The notes below the pieces were generated by a model. That model was given only the letters and a program-made list of their open reading frames with translations, was not told where the DNA came from and made no database searches. Of a stretch of DNA of 15,543 nucleotides, positions 6,648-15,120 are shown piece by piece. Made by a program: the position numbers and the translations under genes. The stretch comes from Oculatellaceae cyanobacterium bins.114 (GTDB lineage Bacteria > Cyanobacteriota > Cyanobacteriia > Elainellales > Elainellaceae). Location of the stretch: NCBI GenBank assembly GCA_033764315.1, contig JANRJA010000029.1:1-15543 (forward strand), written 5' to 3'. The number at the start of each line of letters is the position of its first letter. Within the stretch, counting starts at the first letter, position 1.

Positions 6648-8171
6648 CAACCGACAAAACTTTCGTTGTTGGTCGGCTTGAGGGAATTGCCACGAATAGG
6701 CAAAGTGGCTGATAGAGCTAACTTGAGGTACAGCTTGATGAATGGCTTGCATTTGTGCTTCTAAAGAGGGTCTGCCGTTGGCGGCTTGCCCCCAAGTGCC
6801 TGCTAGCACAGGCATAATTTTGGTGCCCCCTGGAGCCTGACTAAACACTCGTTGGACTTGCGCCACAATGCAGTCAGGTGTGCCGCAGATCGCGTAAGAC
6901 ATGGGATGCCACTCGATGTTGCTGGGAAAGCGATCCCAGGGTTGCAATCGAGAATCGTAGCCTCGCCCGATCGCCAGGTTGCCATCGGGGAAAAAGACTG
7001 CTCCAGCCGTGATTCCCTGGCGTTGTACCGGGAGAATCGACATTCCTAGAAAATCCAGCACGCCTTGAATCGCGTGAGCCACTGATAAACGCCACAACTC
7101 TTGTTGCAGATAAGGTTGGGCTTGTTCTGAGGTGATGGCTGTATTGCCATTGGGATTTAGCCCTTGCCAGAGTGGCTCTCCATCTTGAGGATAGAGACTG
7201 TTTACACTGGAAACGTCGCTAGCCGTGATATAGCCGCGACTGATAAAGCGACGAATTAACTCCCGTCCGCTTTGATTGAGTGCGCGTTCATACAAGGCGT
7301 TTTGTGCCGCAGAGCCATAGATCCACAGGTCACTAACACGACTGGCAACAGAAGCTGCCCCTGTGCCACGAGGATAGCGAATATAGTCAAACAACACCCC
7401 ATCTGGACGACGACGGGCGATCGCCTGTACGAGAGCGTAATAATCTTGCTTGGCCCGAATATTGTAAGGGTCGATAAAAGTTTCGTCAGAGTTGACGCTG
7501 CCAAAATCGGCATTTAACCCAGCATCGGTACGAAAGTTTAGGCTGGTGTGTCCAGTGCCGTTGCGGGCTAACACTTGATCAGCACCGGGTCGCTGGCTGT
7601 AGGTATAGCCAAAGTTCATCGTAAACATCCAGGCATAGACCTGTAGACCCCGTTCACGTCCTTTAGCGATCGCCTCTGCCAACAAATCGCGATCGCCATA
7701 CCCCGGTGCTCGAACAATCGACACCCACGACGTATTGTTATCGCTTTGGGGTAGGAGTACCTGACCATTGGCAAAGACTTCGACGTAAACCTGGCTATAA
7801 CCCCGGCTCACAACGTTGTCCAAAATTTCTTCGAGTGCACCAGGGCGGACATCACAGGGATACAGGCGCAACCAAATCGCCTGGTTTTGTAACCAACTTT
7901 GACGACGACACTGTCGCATCGCAGTCGCATGTTGTGTGACCAATGCCCTATATCGATTTTGAGCGGTGCGATCGCCCTGAATGGCGGCCTGCCGCAGAGC
8001 AGCTGTTTGTGCTATTTCAGTGGCTGACAGTTGGCAATAGGGAGCCGTTTGTGCCTGCGCTGTCTTGCCCCAACCAAGAGTACTGACAAGGCTGGTAGTC
8101 ACGAGAGCCACAATCATGTGGCGTTGAAACCGACCGGGTTGCAGATGAGAGAACGGACGCAGAAATTTCAT
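6645..8171 (-). CDS. Secreted family 10 glycosylhydrolase-like protein (GHL10/DUF187, YddW-like)
   Basis: 508 aa with a signal peptide ending near AQA-Q. TIM-barrel motifs VYVEVFANGQ, DLLAEAIAKGRERGLQVYAW, FIDPY, DGVLFDYIRYP and WHPMSY are present. Confidence 0.85.
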   Translation of the reverse strand: MKFLRPFSHLQPGRFQRHMIVALVTTSLVSTLGWGKTAQAQTAPYCQLSATEIAQTAALRQAAIQGDRTAQNRYRALVTQHATAMRQCRRQSWLQNQAIWLRLYPCDVRPGALEEILDNVVSRGYSQVYVEVFANGQVLLPQSDNNTSWVSIVRAPGYGDRDLLAEAIAKGRERGLQVYAWMFTMNFGYTYSQRPGADQVLARNGTGHTSLNFRTDAGLNADFGSVNSDETFIDPYNIRAKQDYYALVQAIARRRPDGVLFDYIRYPRGTGAASVASRVSDLWIYGSAAQNALYERALNQSGRELIRRFISRGYITASDVSSVNSLYPQDGEPLWQGLNPNGNTAITSEQAQPYLQQELWRLSVAHAIQGVLDFLGMSILPVQRQGITAGAVFFPDGNLAIGRGYDSRLQPWDRFPSNIEWHPMSYAICGTPDCIVAQVQRVFSQAPGGTKIMPVLAGTWGQAANGRPSLEAQMQAIHQAVPQVSSISHFAYSWQFPQADQQRKFCRL

Positions 8172-8377
8172 TGAATTGTAAGTACCACTCTTCTATACGA
8201 TTTCCCATGTGTTGATGTCCTTTCAGGATAGACATCTCAACGATTTTGGGACGTTGAGACGCCCCTTCAGGTGCCCGTTATTGGGCTTGAGTCAAGTCCA
8301 GAGCACTTGACCCTTGGGAAACGGCTTTACATCGAAACTGCTTCACATGGCATAACACTGCTGTTCGATCTCAACTC

Positions 8378-8493
8378 CTATCTAAAGTTAGATAGCCAAG
8401 TAAAGAAATGATTCATAAAATCCTAATAAGTTTAATTCATAAACCCCAAAATTGCATATGGTTTCTTGCCCTTAGGATTCATCTCTGATGAAT
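8378..8493. promoter_or_regulatory. Candidate operator sites in the divergent GHL10/cgt intergenic region
   Basis: Perfect inverted repeats CTATCTAA-AG-TTAGATAG (8378-8395) and ATTCATC-TCT-GATGAAT (8477-8493), plus direct repeat ATTCATAAA at 8411 and 8435. Function is inferred only. Confidence 0.4.
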
Positions 8494-8564
8494 GCTCTAG
8501 ATGCGTTTGATTTGCTTCCTAACATTAGCTGGAATCTTTAATCATATCCACACAAAACTACACT

Positions 8565-10493
8565 ATGATAGCGAACTCCCCCGCCCAAGTTTCAAATAAA
8601 CAACACGAAGTTACTAATCCAGAAACTCAACTTCAACAACTTACAGTCGAGTCAAGAACTGATGCCGATATTGATTTAGAGTTCTTATACACGCGTGACG
8701 TTGAATTTCGCCAAGAGACAATTTACTTCATTGTGGTTGATCGCTTTTATGATGGTGATCCTGATAATAGTGAAGGGCCAAACCCTGAGCTGTATGACCC
8801 ACAGGGTGAGGATTGGGGCAAGTATTGGGGGGGTGACTTGCAAGGCGTTATTGATAAATTAGATTATCTAAAAAATATGGGAGTAACGGCTGTTTGGCTG
8901 ACTCCTTTATTTGAGCAAGTGGAGGCTCTCTTTGTTGAACAAGCGGCGATTCATGGCTATTGGACTAAAGACTTTAAACGAATTAATCCTCGCTTTATTG
9001 CCAAAGATGAAAACCCCTCTCTAAACGCCACTCAAGACACTCGAAATACCACCTTTGATCGACTGATTGAAGAACTGCATAAGCGGCAAATGAAGCTGGT
9101 GTTGGACATTGTTTGTAACCACAGCAACCCTGATTTTAGTGGTAAGAAAGGGGAACTTTATGATGATGGCGTGAAAGTTGCTGACTTCAATGATGATGAT
9201 GATCACTGGTATCACCACTACGGACCCGTGCAGGATTGGGAAGATGACTGGCAGGTGCAAAACTGTGAATTGTCGGGGTTAGCCACCTTCAACGAAAACA
9301 ACGTCAATTACCGCAACTACATCAAATCTGCGATTAAACAATGGCTCGATCGCGGTGTTGATGCGCTGCGGGTAGACACAGTAAAGCACATGCCCATCTG
9401 GTTTTGGCAGGAGTTTACAGGTGATCTTCAGATGCACCGCCCAGATGTCTTTATCTTTGGCGAATGGATTTATAGCCATCCTTCTGACGATCGCTCCGTT
9501 GAGTTTGCCAATCACTCTGGCATGTCGATGCTTGATTTTGGCTTGTGCGTTGCCATTCGCTCGGCTCTTGCTCAGGGGGCAGAGGGTGGGTTTCATCTCA
9601 TTCAAGATATTTTTGATCAAGATGATCGCTATTTTGGTGCAACTGAACTGGTGACATTCATCGATAACCACGATATGCCTCGGTTTCAGTCGTTAAACCC
9701 TGATCCAGCGATGCTGCTGGTGGCGATCGCCCTGATTATGACCAGTCGAGGCATTCCCTGTATTTATTACGGCACCGAGCAATATTTGCACAACGACACC
9801 AATGGTGGCGACGATCCTTACAATCGCCCCATGATGCATCAATGGGATACTGAAACTGACCTCTATCGGGCGATTCGCCATCTCTCAGGGGTGCGGCGAC
9901 TCAATCCGGCTCTGTCAATGGGGAGCCAGTGGCAAAAATATCTCACCTCCGATGTCTATTGTTATAACCGCCGCTATCGCGAGTCGCTCTGTTTTGTCGC
10001 ACTTAACCGGGGCGAAACAACCACAATTCCCGAAGTGCAAACCGATCTACCTGATGGAGAGCATACCTGTGTTGTCACCCGCAACAAATACACGGTGCAG
10101 GATGGCAAGATTTACAACCTGGAAATGGAGCAACGGGGTGTGATTGTGCTCAGTCATGTGGGAGAACGGGTCAAGGGGCAAACCATTGTGCGGGTACAAC
10201 TCAATGGAGTGCAGACCCAACCTGGAGAAACGATTGTGGTGATGGGTGATTGCCCAGAATTAGGGAATTGGGATATTGCCAAGGCGTACCCTCTGGAATA
10301 CATCAACTGCAACACCTGGTTTGGTGAGATTCCCTTTGAGGAGAGTGCAGGTAAGTTAGTGAGTTATAAGTACGCCATGTGGCGTGAGGGGCGATCGCCT
10401 TTGCGAGAAAATATTGTGGCACGTCGTTGGGTCGTTGCCAGTGAAGGCACTGTCAAATGGCGTGACATATGGGCATCAGGGCGAGAATCTTAG
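8565..10493 (+). CDS. cgt: GH13 alpha-amylase / cyclomaltodextrin glucanotransferase-like enzyme with C-terminal CBM20
   Basis: 642 aa. GH13 regions DIVCNHS, ALRVDTVKHM (nucleophile Asp), FGEW (acid/base Glu) and FIDNHDM, with YWGGDLQG and HGYWTKDF. CBM20 motif TQPGETIVVMGDCPELGNWD. No signal peptide. Confidence 0.9.
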   Translation: MIANSPAQVSNKQHEVTNPETQLQQLTVESRTDADIDLEFLYTRDVEFRQETIYFIVVDRFYDGDPDNSEGPNPELYDPQGEDWGKYWGGDLQGVIDKLDYLKNMGVTAVWLTPLFEQVEALFVEQAAIHGYWTKDFKRINPRFIAKDENPSLNATQDTRNTTFDRLIEELHKRQMKLVLDIVCNHSNPDFSGKKGELYDDGVKVADFNDDDDHWYHHYGPVQDWEDDWQVQNCELSGLATFNENNVNYRNYIKSAIKQWLDRGVDALRVDTVKHMPIWFWQEFTGDLQMHRPDVFIFGEWIYSHPSDDRSVEFANHSGMSMLDFGLCVAIRSALAQGAEGGFHLIQDIFDQDDRYFGATELVTFIDNHDMPRFQSLNPDPAMLLVAIALIMTSRGIPCIYYGTEQYLHNDTNGGDDPYNRPMMHQWDTETDLYRAIRHLSGVRRLNPALSMGSQWQKYLTSDVYCYNRRYRESLCFVALNRGETTTIPEVQTDLPDGEHTCVVTRNKYTVQDGKIYNLEMEQRGVIVLSHVGERVKGQTIVRVQLNGVQTQPGETIVVMGDCPELGNWDIAKAYPLEYINCNTWFGEIPFEESAGKLVSYKYAMWREGRSPLRENIVARRWVVASEGTVKWRDIWASGRES

Positions 10494-10516
10494 ACAAGAT
10501 ACAAGTAAAACGAAGA

Positions 10517-10592
10517 GACGCGATTAAATACAGGTGACGCAATTAAATACAGGTGACACGATTAAATGTAGGTGACGCGATTAAATACAGGA
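10517..10592. repeat. Four tandem 19-bp units, consensus GACGCGATTAAATACAGGT
   Basis: Units at 10517, 10536, 10555 and 10574 deviate from the consensus at 0, 1, 3 and 1 positions respectively. Confidence 0.93.
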
Positions 10593-10617
10593 GAGACGCG
10601 ATTAATCGCGTCTCTCC
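10590..10617. repeat. Perfect 28-bp REP-like palindrome, possible bidirectional terminator
   Basis: GGAGAGACGCGATTAATCGCGTCTCTCC is self-complementary and lies between the convergent stops at 10493 and 10636. Confidence 0.85.
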
Positions 10618-10635
10618 GTTTACCTGTAATTCTCT

Positions 10636-11574
10636 CTATCGGTTGTACCACTCAGACAGAGTTGGTCCACTGGGGTTGTTAGTAAACCGATAGCGTGTTC
10701 CGGCGGCAAACGGGCGAGTTGCGGTGATCCCTGTTTGAGGATGAATAATCACAATTGTGCTGAAATTATTGCCTGTAAAAACCTGTTCATCTCCAGGTTG
10801 GAGGCGATAGACTCGACCCGCCACTTCGTAACTCACAGGATAAAACATTTGGTTTGAGATCGTGGTTCTCACCGGGCCTTCAGGGATTGTCTCTTGACGA
10901 ACCACATTCCCCCCTGGACACGACCAACGGTTGAGAGTACGAACATCAGCACATGCGCCGAGAGGGACGGCAGAGTTTGCACAAATCTGTTGGGTTTGAA
11001 ATACTGAATTTCTCGTTTCAGTTTGTACGGTGTTCTCAAAATAAGCAAAAAATCGACCTGATTCGATCACATTGCGACGTTCAAGAATCTCATACTGAAA
11101 CTCATTCTCACCTTCTATCACCCGTAATCGTCGATTGCTGTGGGTTGTTCCAAATTCAATCAGAAATGGTTCTGAAATACTTCCTTCGTCATACTCCCGA
11201 TTAGTAAACGGTTGATCATCGGGTCTGACTCCTGGTGTGATATTGCGAATCACCACTCGGCGACGTCGAGCGGGGGGAGTTTGCTCCGATTTAAACCAGG
11301 CTCGCACCTCAGGATCGACCCGTCCAGGGCACTCCCCGGTGTATTGGAAGGTGGTCAGCGTGATGTCGTTGATCTCGCGAATTCCCTCAAAAACCAACCC
11401 AATTTCTCGGGTGCTTGGTGTCAGCGTAGGTGATGGAGACTGGGCTGACGATTTAGAGGCTACTAAAACTAGTAACGATGCAGTGCTGGTTAGCAGGATG
11501 CGGCGGACTGTTTTGGCAGTCGAGAGTTGTTTGTGAGCGGTCATCCAAAATGGGGGCATGAGATCCTCAATCAA
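10636..11574 (-). CDS. Hypothetical secreted protein
   Basis: 312-aa ORF with uncertain start (ATG at 11559 or 11544 is plausible). Signal-peptide-like RRILLTSTASLLVLVASKSSA-Q, a Pro/Ser/Thr linker, a beta-rich body and four Cys. No family recognised. Confidence 0.8.
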   Translation of the reverse strand: MIEDLMPPFWMTAHKQLSTAKTVRRILLTSTASLLVLVASKSSAQSPSPTLTPSTREIGLVFEGIREINDITLTTFQYTGECPGRVDPEVRAWFKSEQTPPARRRRVVIRNITPGVRPDDQPFTNREYDEGSISEPFLIEFGTTHSNRRLRVIEGENEFQYEILERRNVIESGRFFAYFENTVQTETRNSVFQTQQICANSAVPLGACADVRTLNRWSCPGGNVVRQETIPEGPVRTTISNQMFYPVSYEVAGRVYRLQPGDEQVFTGNNFSTIVIIHPQTGITATRPFAAGTRYRFTNNPSGPTLSEWYNR

Positions 11575-11723
11575 ATCTTGCGAGTAGATGGAATTTTGAA
11601 ATTGTAATTATTCTCCTTCAAGGGATTGTACTGCATCATAATCGGGATGATCGTATGCGATCGCTCTCTGTTTTTAATAGAAAAAACTCAATATCCACCA
11701 TGATTTAGGCGAAGATGATTTAG

Positions 11724-11954
11724 ATGAAAACCCAAAAAATAGCGTGGTTAAATCGGTGGGTCGTGGGATCGTGGTCGTGGTGGCGACTGGGGCGATCGCT
11801 CCTGTTAATTTACGTAACTGTCTGCCTCTATGTTTGGTTCACTGCCGATCGCAAGATATTTTTGCCGCCCCCCGCAACTTATGCCCAAATGTCTGAGCTT
11901 ATGGGGGGCGATCAGTATGCGGACAAGGTGCGATCGTTTGTAGATTCCTTGTAG
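11724..11954 (+). pseudogene. Internally deleted alpha/beta-hydrolase remnant that stays in frame (76 aa)
   Basis: The N-terminus GSWSWWRLGRSLLLIYVTVCLYVWFTADRKIFLPPPATY resembles the membrane anchor of cyanobacterial ABHD17/Bem46-like hydrolases. It joins directly to GGDQYADKVRSFVDSL*, which resembles their terminal helix. No GxSxG or other catalytic motif is present. Confidence 0.62.
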
Positions 11955-11965
11955 TCATACCGATC

Positions 11966-12034
11966 TATAGCAATCCCAAATGGGGTACGCCTTTCACAAC
12001 CCGCTCATCTCACAACTGATTTAGGATAGCTATA
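11966..12034. mobile_element. 69-bp MITE-like element with TA-ended terminal inverted repeats
   Basis: Left end TATAGCAATCCCAAAT matches the reverse complement of the right end, TATAGCTATCCTAAAT, at 14/16. It has no cloverleaf core. Confidence 0.7.
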
Positions 12035-12390
12035 AACAGACTTTAGGACGCATTGAAATTCAAAAAGACGTGGCACTACTAAGTCTGCACAGTTTCTCTA
12101 GGACAGTCTGGATTAATGTCAAAAGGAGTGTTTAGCAGCTATGGAGTTATCTGAAAAAAAGCTTACTTTTATGCTGAAATTTCACAAGATTTAGGCTTCA
12201 CTTTGTCACGAAACTGTGAAATTTACTATGAAATTTGGGGAGATGCCCTGTAGGAAGTTTCTTCGCGCTACCCCACGTTAGGAATCACCTTGCATCACGG
12301 TGATATCAAGTTGTTGAGTGTCACATAAATGTTTTGATCACGATCTTCACGAAGCTCTCTTATCAACTCTGATCTTTGGTTTTGATGACA

Positions 12391-13494
12391 CTAACTGTTT
12401 TTAATAAAAACCAGACTGCTATAAAGCTGAAATGCCTGATCCCAATAACTTTCATCCTTGCGAAACACATCAATGTGCGATTTAAAGCTGCTGACCAACG
12501 ATAAGTGCTCTAAAGCCGTTTCAGCAAAGGGCGTAAACTCTGCCCAACTGGGAACGTCGGGCAATCGATTAGTTAGAAACTTAGCCAAATTATTCCAACG
12601 TAACCGATTGGTGGTTTGTGTCATGCGGGTGCCATCCGTTTGAGTGACATCAAAAATCATCCCCTGTTGAAACTGGTAAGTGCTATCGCAGAACCGCAAG
12701 ATACATTTACGTTTGGGCAGATGCAAGTCCCAAATTTGGGCATAGTCCTGGGTTTGCTCACGACGCTTGAGTTTATTCCAGGCTCCCAGATCAATCACAT
12801 CTTCAAAAATGGGTAACAATCCCTCTACCCGTCGTGTGACCTCTGACCACTCAAAGGCAAGCGTCCCTAATTGATCACTTTCGTTAAGACAAACGATCGT
12901 AGCTTGAGGTGAGGCAGCTTGTATGTGTTGTACCCGAAACACTCGAATTTTTTGAATCTCTGGCAACGTGACACAAAAGGATGGAATGCCTGCGTTTGTA
13001 AGCTGTTGACTATAGAATTGCAACTCTCCGATCGCCCCAGTGCGATAGAGTCGCCAACTGCGTTGAGATAAGTGAACCCGTGCCGTGTAGGGGTCAATTT
13101 TCATAATGCGGGCAAAATTTTGGGCTGCGGCTTGTCGGTTTTCGCTGCTAACCGGCTCCACGATCAAAAAGCTAGAAACTAAACTACTGGGATCAGCCGT
13201 TGCCTGAGCGACAGCCTCCTGCTGTTGGGCTTGGGCAGCGGTTTCGATGCGTTGCAACCCTTGTCGAGCTTGCAGAGCCAATTTAGGATTGCTAGTTTCC
13301 TTTAATAGCTTTCGATAAGCGGCTTCGGCTGCCTCTGGTTTCCCTGACACTTCCTGCAATCGGGCTGCATAGAACTGCACCCAGGGATGATCGGGAGCCG
13401 CTTTGAGCAACGGTTTGAGCAATTGAGCTACCGTTTTATAGTCTCGCTGTTCAAAGGCTGCTGCCACCTGTTCAAGCTGCGCCGGAAGGGTCAT
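12391..13494 (-). CDS. Tetratricopeptide repeat-containing protein
   Basis: 367 aa. N-terminal TPR-like helices (AAAFEQRDYKTVAQLLKPLLKAAPDHPWVQFYAARLQEVSGKPEAAEAAYRKLL), an Ala/Gln linker and an unassigned C-terminal domain. Lies 49 nt downstream of rsmE. Confidence 0.85.
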   Translation of the reverse strand: MTLPAQLEQVAAAFEQRDYKTVAQLLKPLLKAAPDHPWVQFYAARLQEVSGKPEAAEAAYRKLLKETSNPKLALQARQGLQRIETAAQAQQQEAVAQATADPSSLVSSFLIVEPVSSENRQAAAQNFARIMKIDPYTARVHLSQRSWRLYRTGAIGELQFYSQQLTNAGIPSFCVTLPEIQKIRVFRVQHIQAASPQATIVCLNESDQLGTLAFEWSEVTRRVEGLLPIFEDVIDLGAWNKLKRREQTQDYAQIWDLHLPKRKCILRFCDSTYQFQQGMIFDVTQTDGTRMTQTTNRLRWNNLAKFLTNRLPDVPSWAEFTPFAETALEHLSLVSSFKSHIDVFRKDESYWDQAFQLYSSLVFIKNS

Positions 13495-13543
13495 GGCTGA
13501 GAAATTGGGGTTAAGGTGTTAAATTTAGCTTAAATGCTTTTGC

Positions 13544-14284
13544 TCATTCTGGCATCGACTCTAATACAGAGGCAATTAGGGCGATCGCCACCAGTGGGGT
13601 TGTCACGGCTCGTAACACCCGCTGTCCCAACGATACAGCTTGGTATTTCTGAGCGATCGCTTGTTGCAATTCTGCCTCAGTCCAGCCTCCTTCAGGGCCA
13701 ACGGCAATCACAATCTCAGGCGGAGGTTGAACAGTGACTTGTGAGAGACAGGTGAGTAAATGGGGATAGTTGCCGCGTGCTTCGCAAATGTAACGAGTTG
13801 CTTTGCCTGTGGGATCAGGGCTAAGAGCGGTGCTGAAGGGAATTGGGGCCGTAATGTGTGGGACGATTTGCCGTTCTGATTGCTCTGCGGCTTCTTGGGC
13901 AATGCGCTGCCACCGATCCAGCTTTTGAGCACTGGGGTTAAGCAATGTGCGATCGCTCACAACAGGGACAATGGTTGTCACTCCGGCTTCGGTCACTTGT
14001 CGCACAATGTCATCCATGCTGTTGCCTTTGGGCATGGCAATCAGCAATGTTAGGGGAATGGGCAGTTCGGTATGCGCGGCGATCGCTTCTAAAATGTAAG
14101 CTTCTGAATCGGGATCACTGAGTTCTGTCAGCCACCAATGCCCCGCCCCATCAATGGCAATAAAGCGATCACCAGAGTGCAATCGCAATACCCGCGTGAG
14201 GTAATGACGTTGCTCAGCCGTCAGACGAAGGCAATGGTCTGTGCGCTGATGAGGAGCAATAGTAATGCGTTGCAACTGAGTCAA
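13544..14284 (-). CDS. rsmE: 16S rRNA (uracil-1498-N3)-methyltransferase
   Basis: Motifs HYLTRVLRL, IAQEAAEQSER, VGPEGGWT and SLGQRVLRAVT (SPOUT fold). TTG start. Confidence 0.96.
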   Translation of the reverse strand: MTQLQRITIAPHQRTDHCLRLTAEQRHYLTRVLRLHSGDRFIAIDGAGHWWLTELSDPDSEAYILEAIAAHTELPIPLTLLIAMPKGNSMDDIVRQVTEAGVTTIVPVVSDRTLLNPSAQKLDRWQRIAQEAAEQSERQIVPHITAPIPFSTALSPDPTGKATRYICEARGNYPHLLTCLSQVTVQPPPEIVIAVGPEGGWTEAELQQAIAQKYQAVSLGQRVLRAVTTPLVAIALIASVLESMPE

Positions 14285-14310
14285 AAAATGGATTCCTAAA
14301 CACGTGATTT

Positions 14311-15120
14311 CTAGACACGGGCTTTTAACGTTTTCCTTGACTTACTGATTGAATACAGGAGCGATCGCCATGCAAATTGGGGCAGAGCTAACATCCGTCG
14401 CCAACGCCAAGGTTCTTGATAGAGTCGATACATCCATTCCAACCCATTATCGCTCAGCCATTTAGGGGCGCGAGTTTTCACCCCTGCCCAAATATCAAAG
14501 CTACCCCCGACCCCAATCCAAATAGAGTGAGGACAGAGATGACGATTTTCACTGATCCACAACTCTTGCCGAGGAACTCCCAAGCCGACCAAGATGATGT
14601 CTGGTTGCAGAGTCTTTAAGGTTTGACACAGGTTGGCTTGCTCTTCTGGAGAAATGTAACCATGTTGAACCCCTGCGATCGCCAGTCCTGGAATTTTTTG
14701 TTGCCAGATTTCGGCGGCTTGCTGGCACACTCCAGGAGCACCTCCATAAAAGAAAACCGAATAGGGCGCACTGGTGATATCTACCGCTAGTGGCAGCAAG
14801 GAGGCAGGATAGGCAGAGGCATGTAGAACAGATTCAGCTAGCTCAATGCCGGGACAACGTTGGGCTTTTTTGCCCTGCAACCAGAGATAAAAAACGATGC
14901 CTGACCCGTCCGGAATGATTAAATCGGCTTGACGAATAATAGAGGCTAATGTTGGATTTTGCTCTGCCTGCATCGACATTTCAGCATTGAGCGTAACAAC
15001 ATGAACCCCGTTGCGCTGGTGACGTTGTTGAAACAGCCAACCCAAATAATTGTTCGACAGGTGGAGTGGCAGCCCAAACACTGCAAACTTCTCCAGCGAC
15101 GGTTGAGCTAACTCCCGCAT
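14311..15120 (-). CDS. WecB/TagA/CpsF family glycosyltransferase (GT26)
   Basis: Motifs VVTLNAEM, IPDGSG, HGY, VGLGVPRQE, GVGGSFD, RAPKW and LEWMYRLYQEPWRWRR. GGAGG lies 8 nt upstream of the ATG. Confidence 0.95.
   Translation of the reverse strand: MRELAQPSLEKFAVFGLPLHLSNNYLGWLFQQRHQRNGVHVVTLNAEMSMQAEQNPTLASIIRQADLIIPDGSGIVFYLWLQGKKAQRCPGIELAESVLHASAYPASLLPLAVDITSAPYSVFFYGGAPGVCQQAAEIWQQKIPGLAIAGVQHGYISPEEQANLCQTLKTLQPDIILVGLGVPRQELWISENRHLCPHSIWIGVGGSFDIWAGVKTRAPKWLSDNGLEWMYRLYQEPWRWRRMLALPQFAWRSLLYSISKSRKTLKARV

Noticed and set aside
10517..10592. CRISPR array or plasmid iterons
   Set aside because: The 19-bp units are contiguous with no spacers, there is no rep gene, and they derive from the adjacent palindrome.
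798..14619. Remaining short ORFs nested in or antisense to the main genes (e.g. 798-1337, 2868-3173, 9279-9671, 11237-11536)
   Set aside because: Shadow frames of well-supported genes with no independent motifs.
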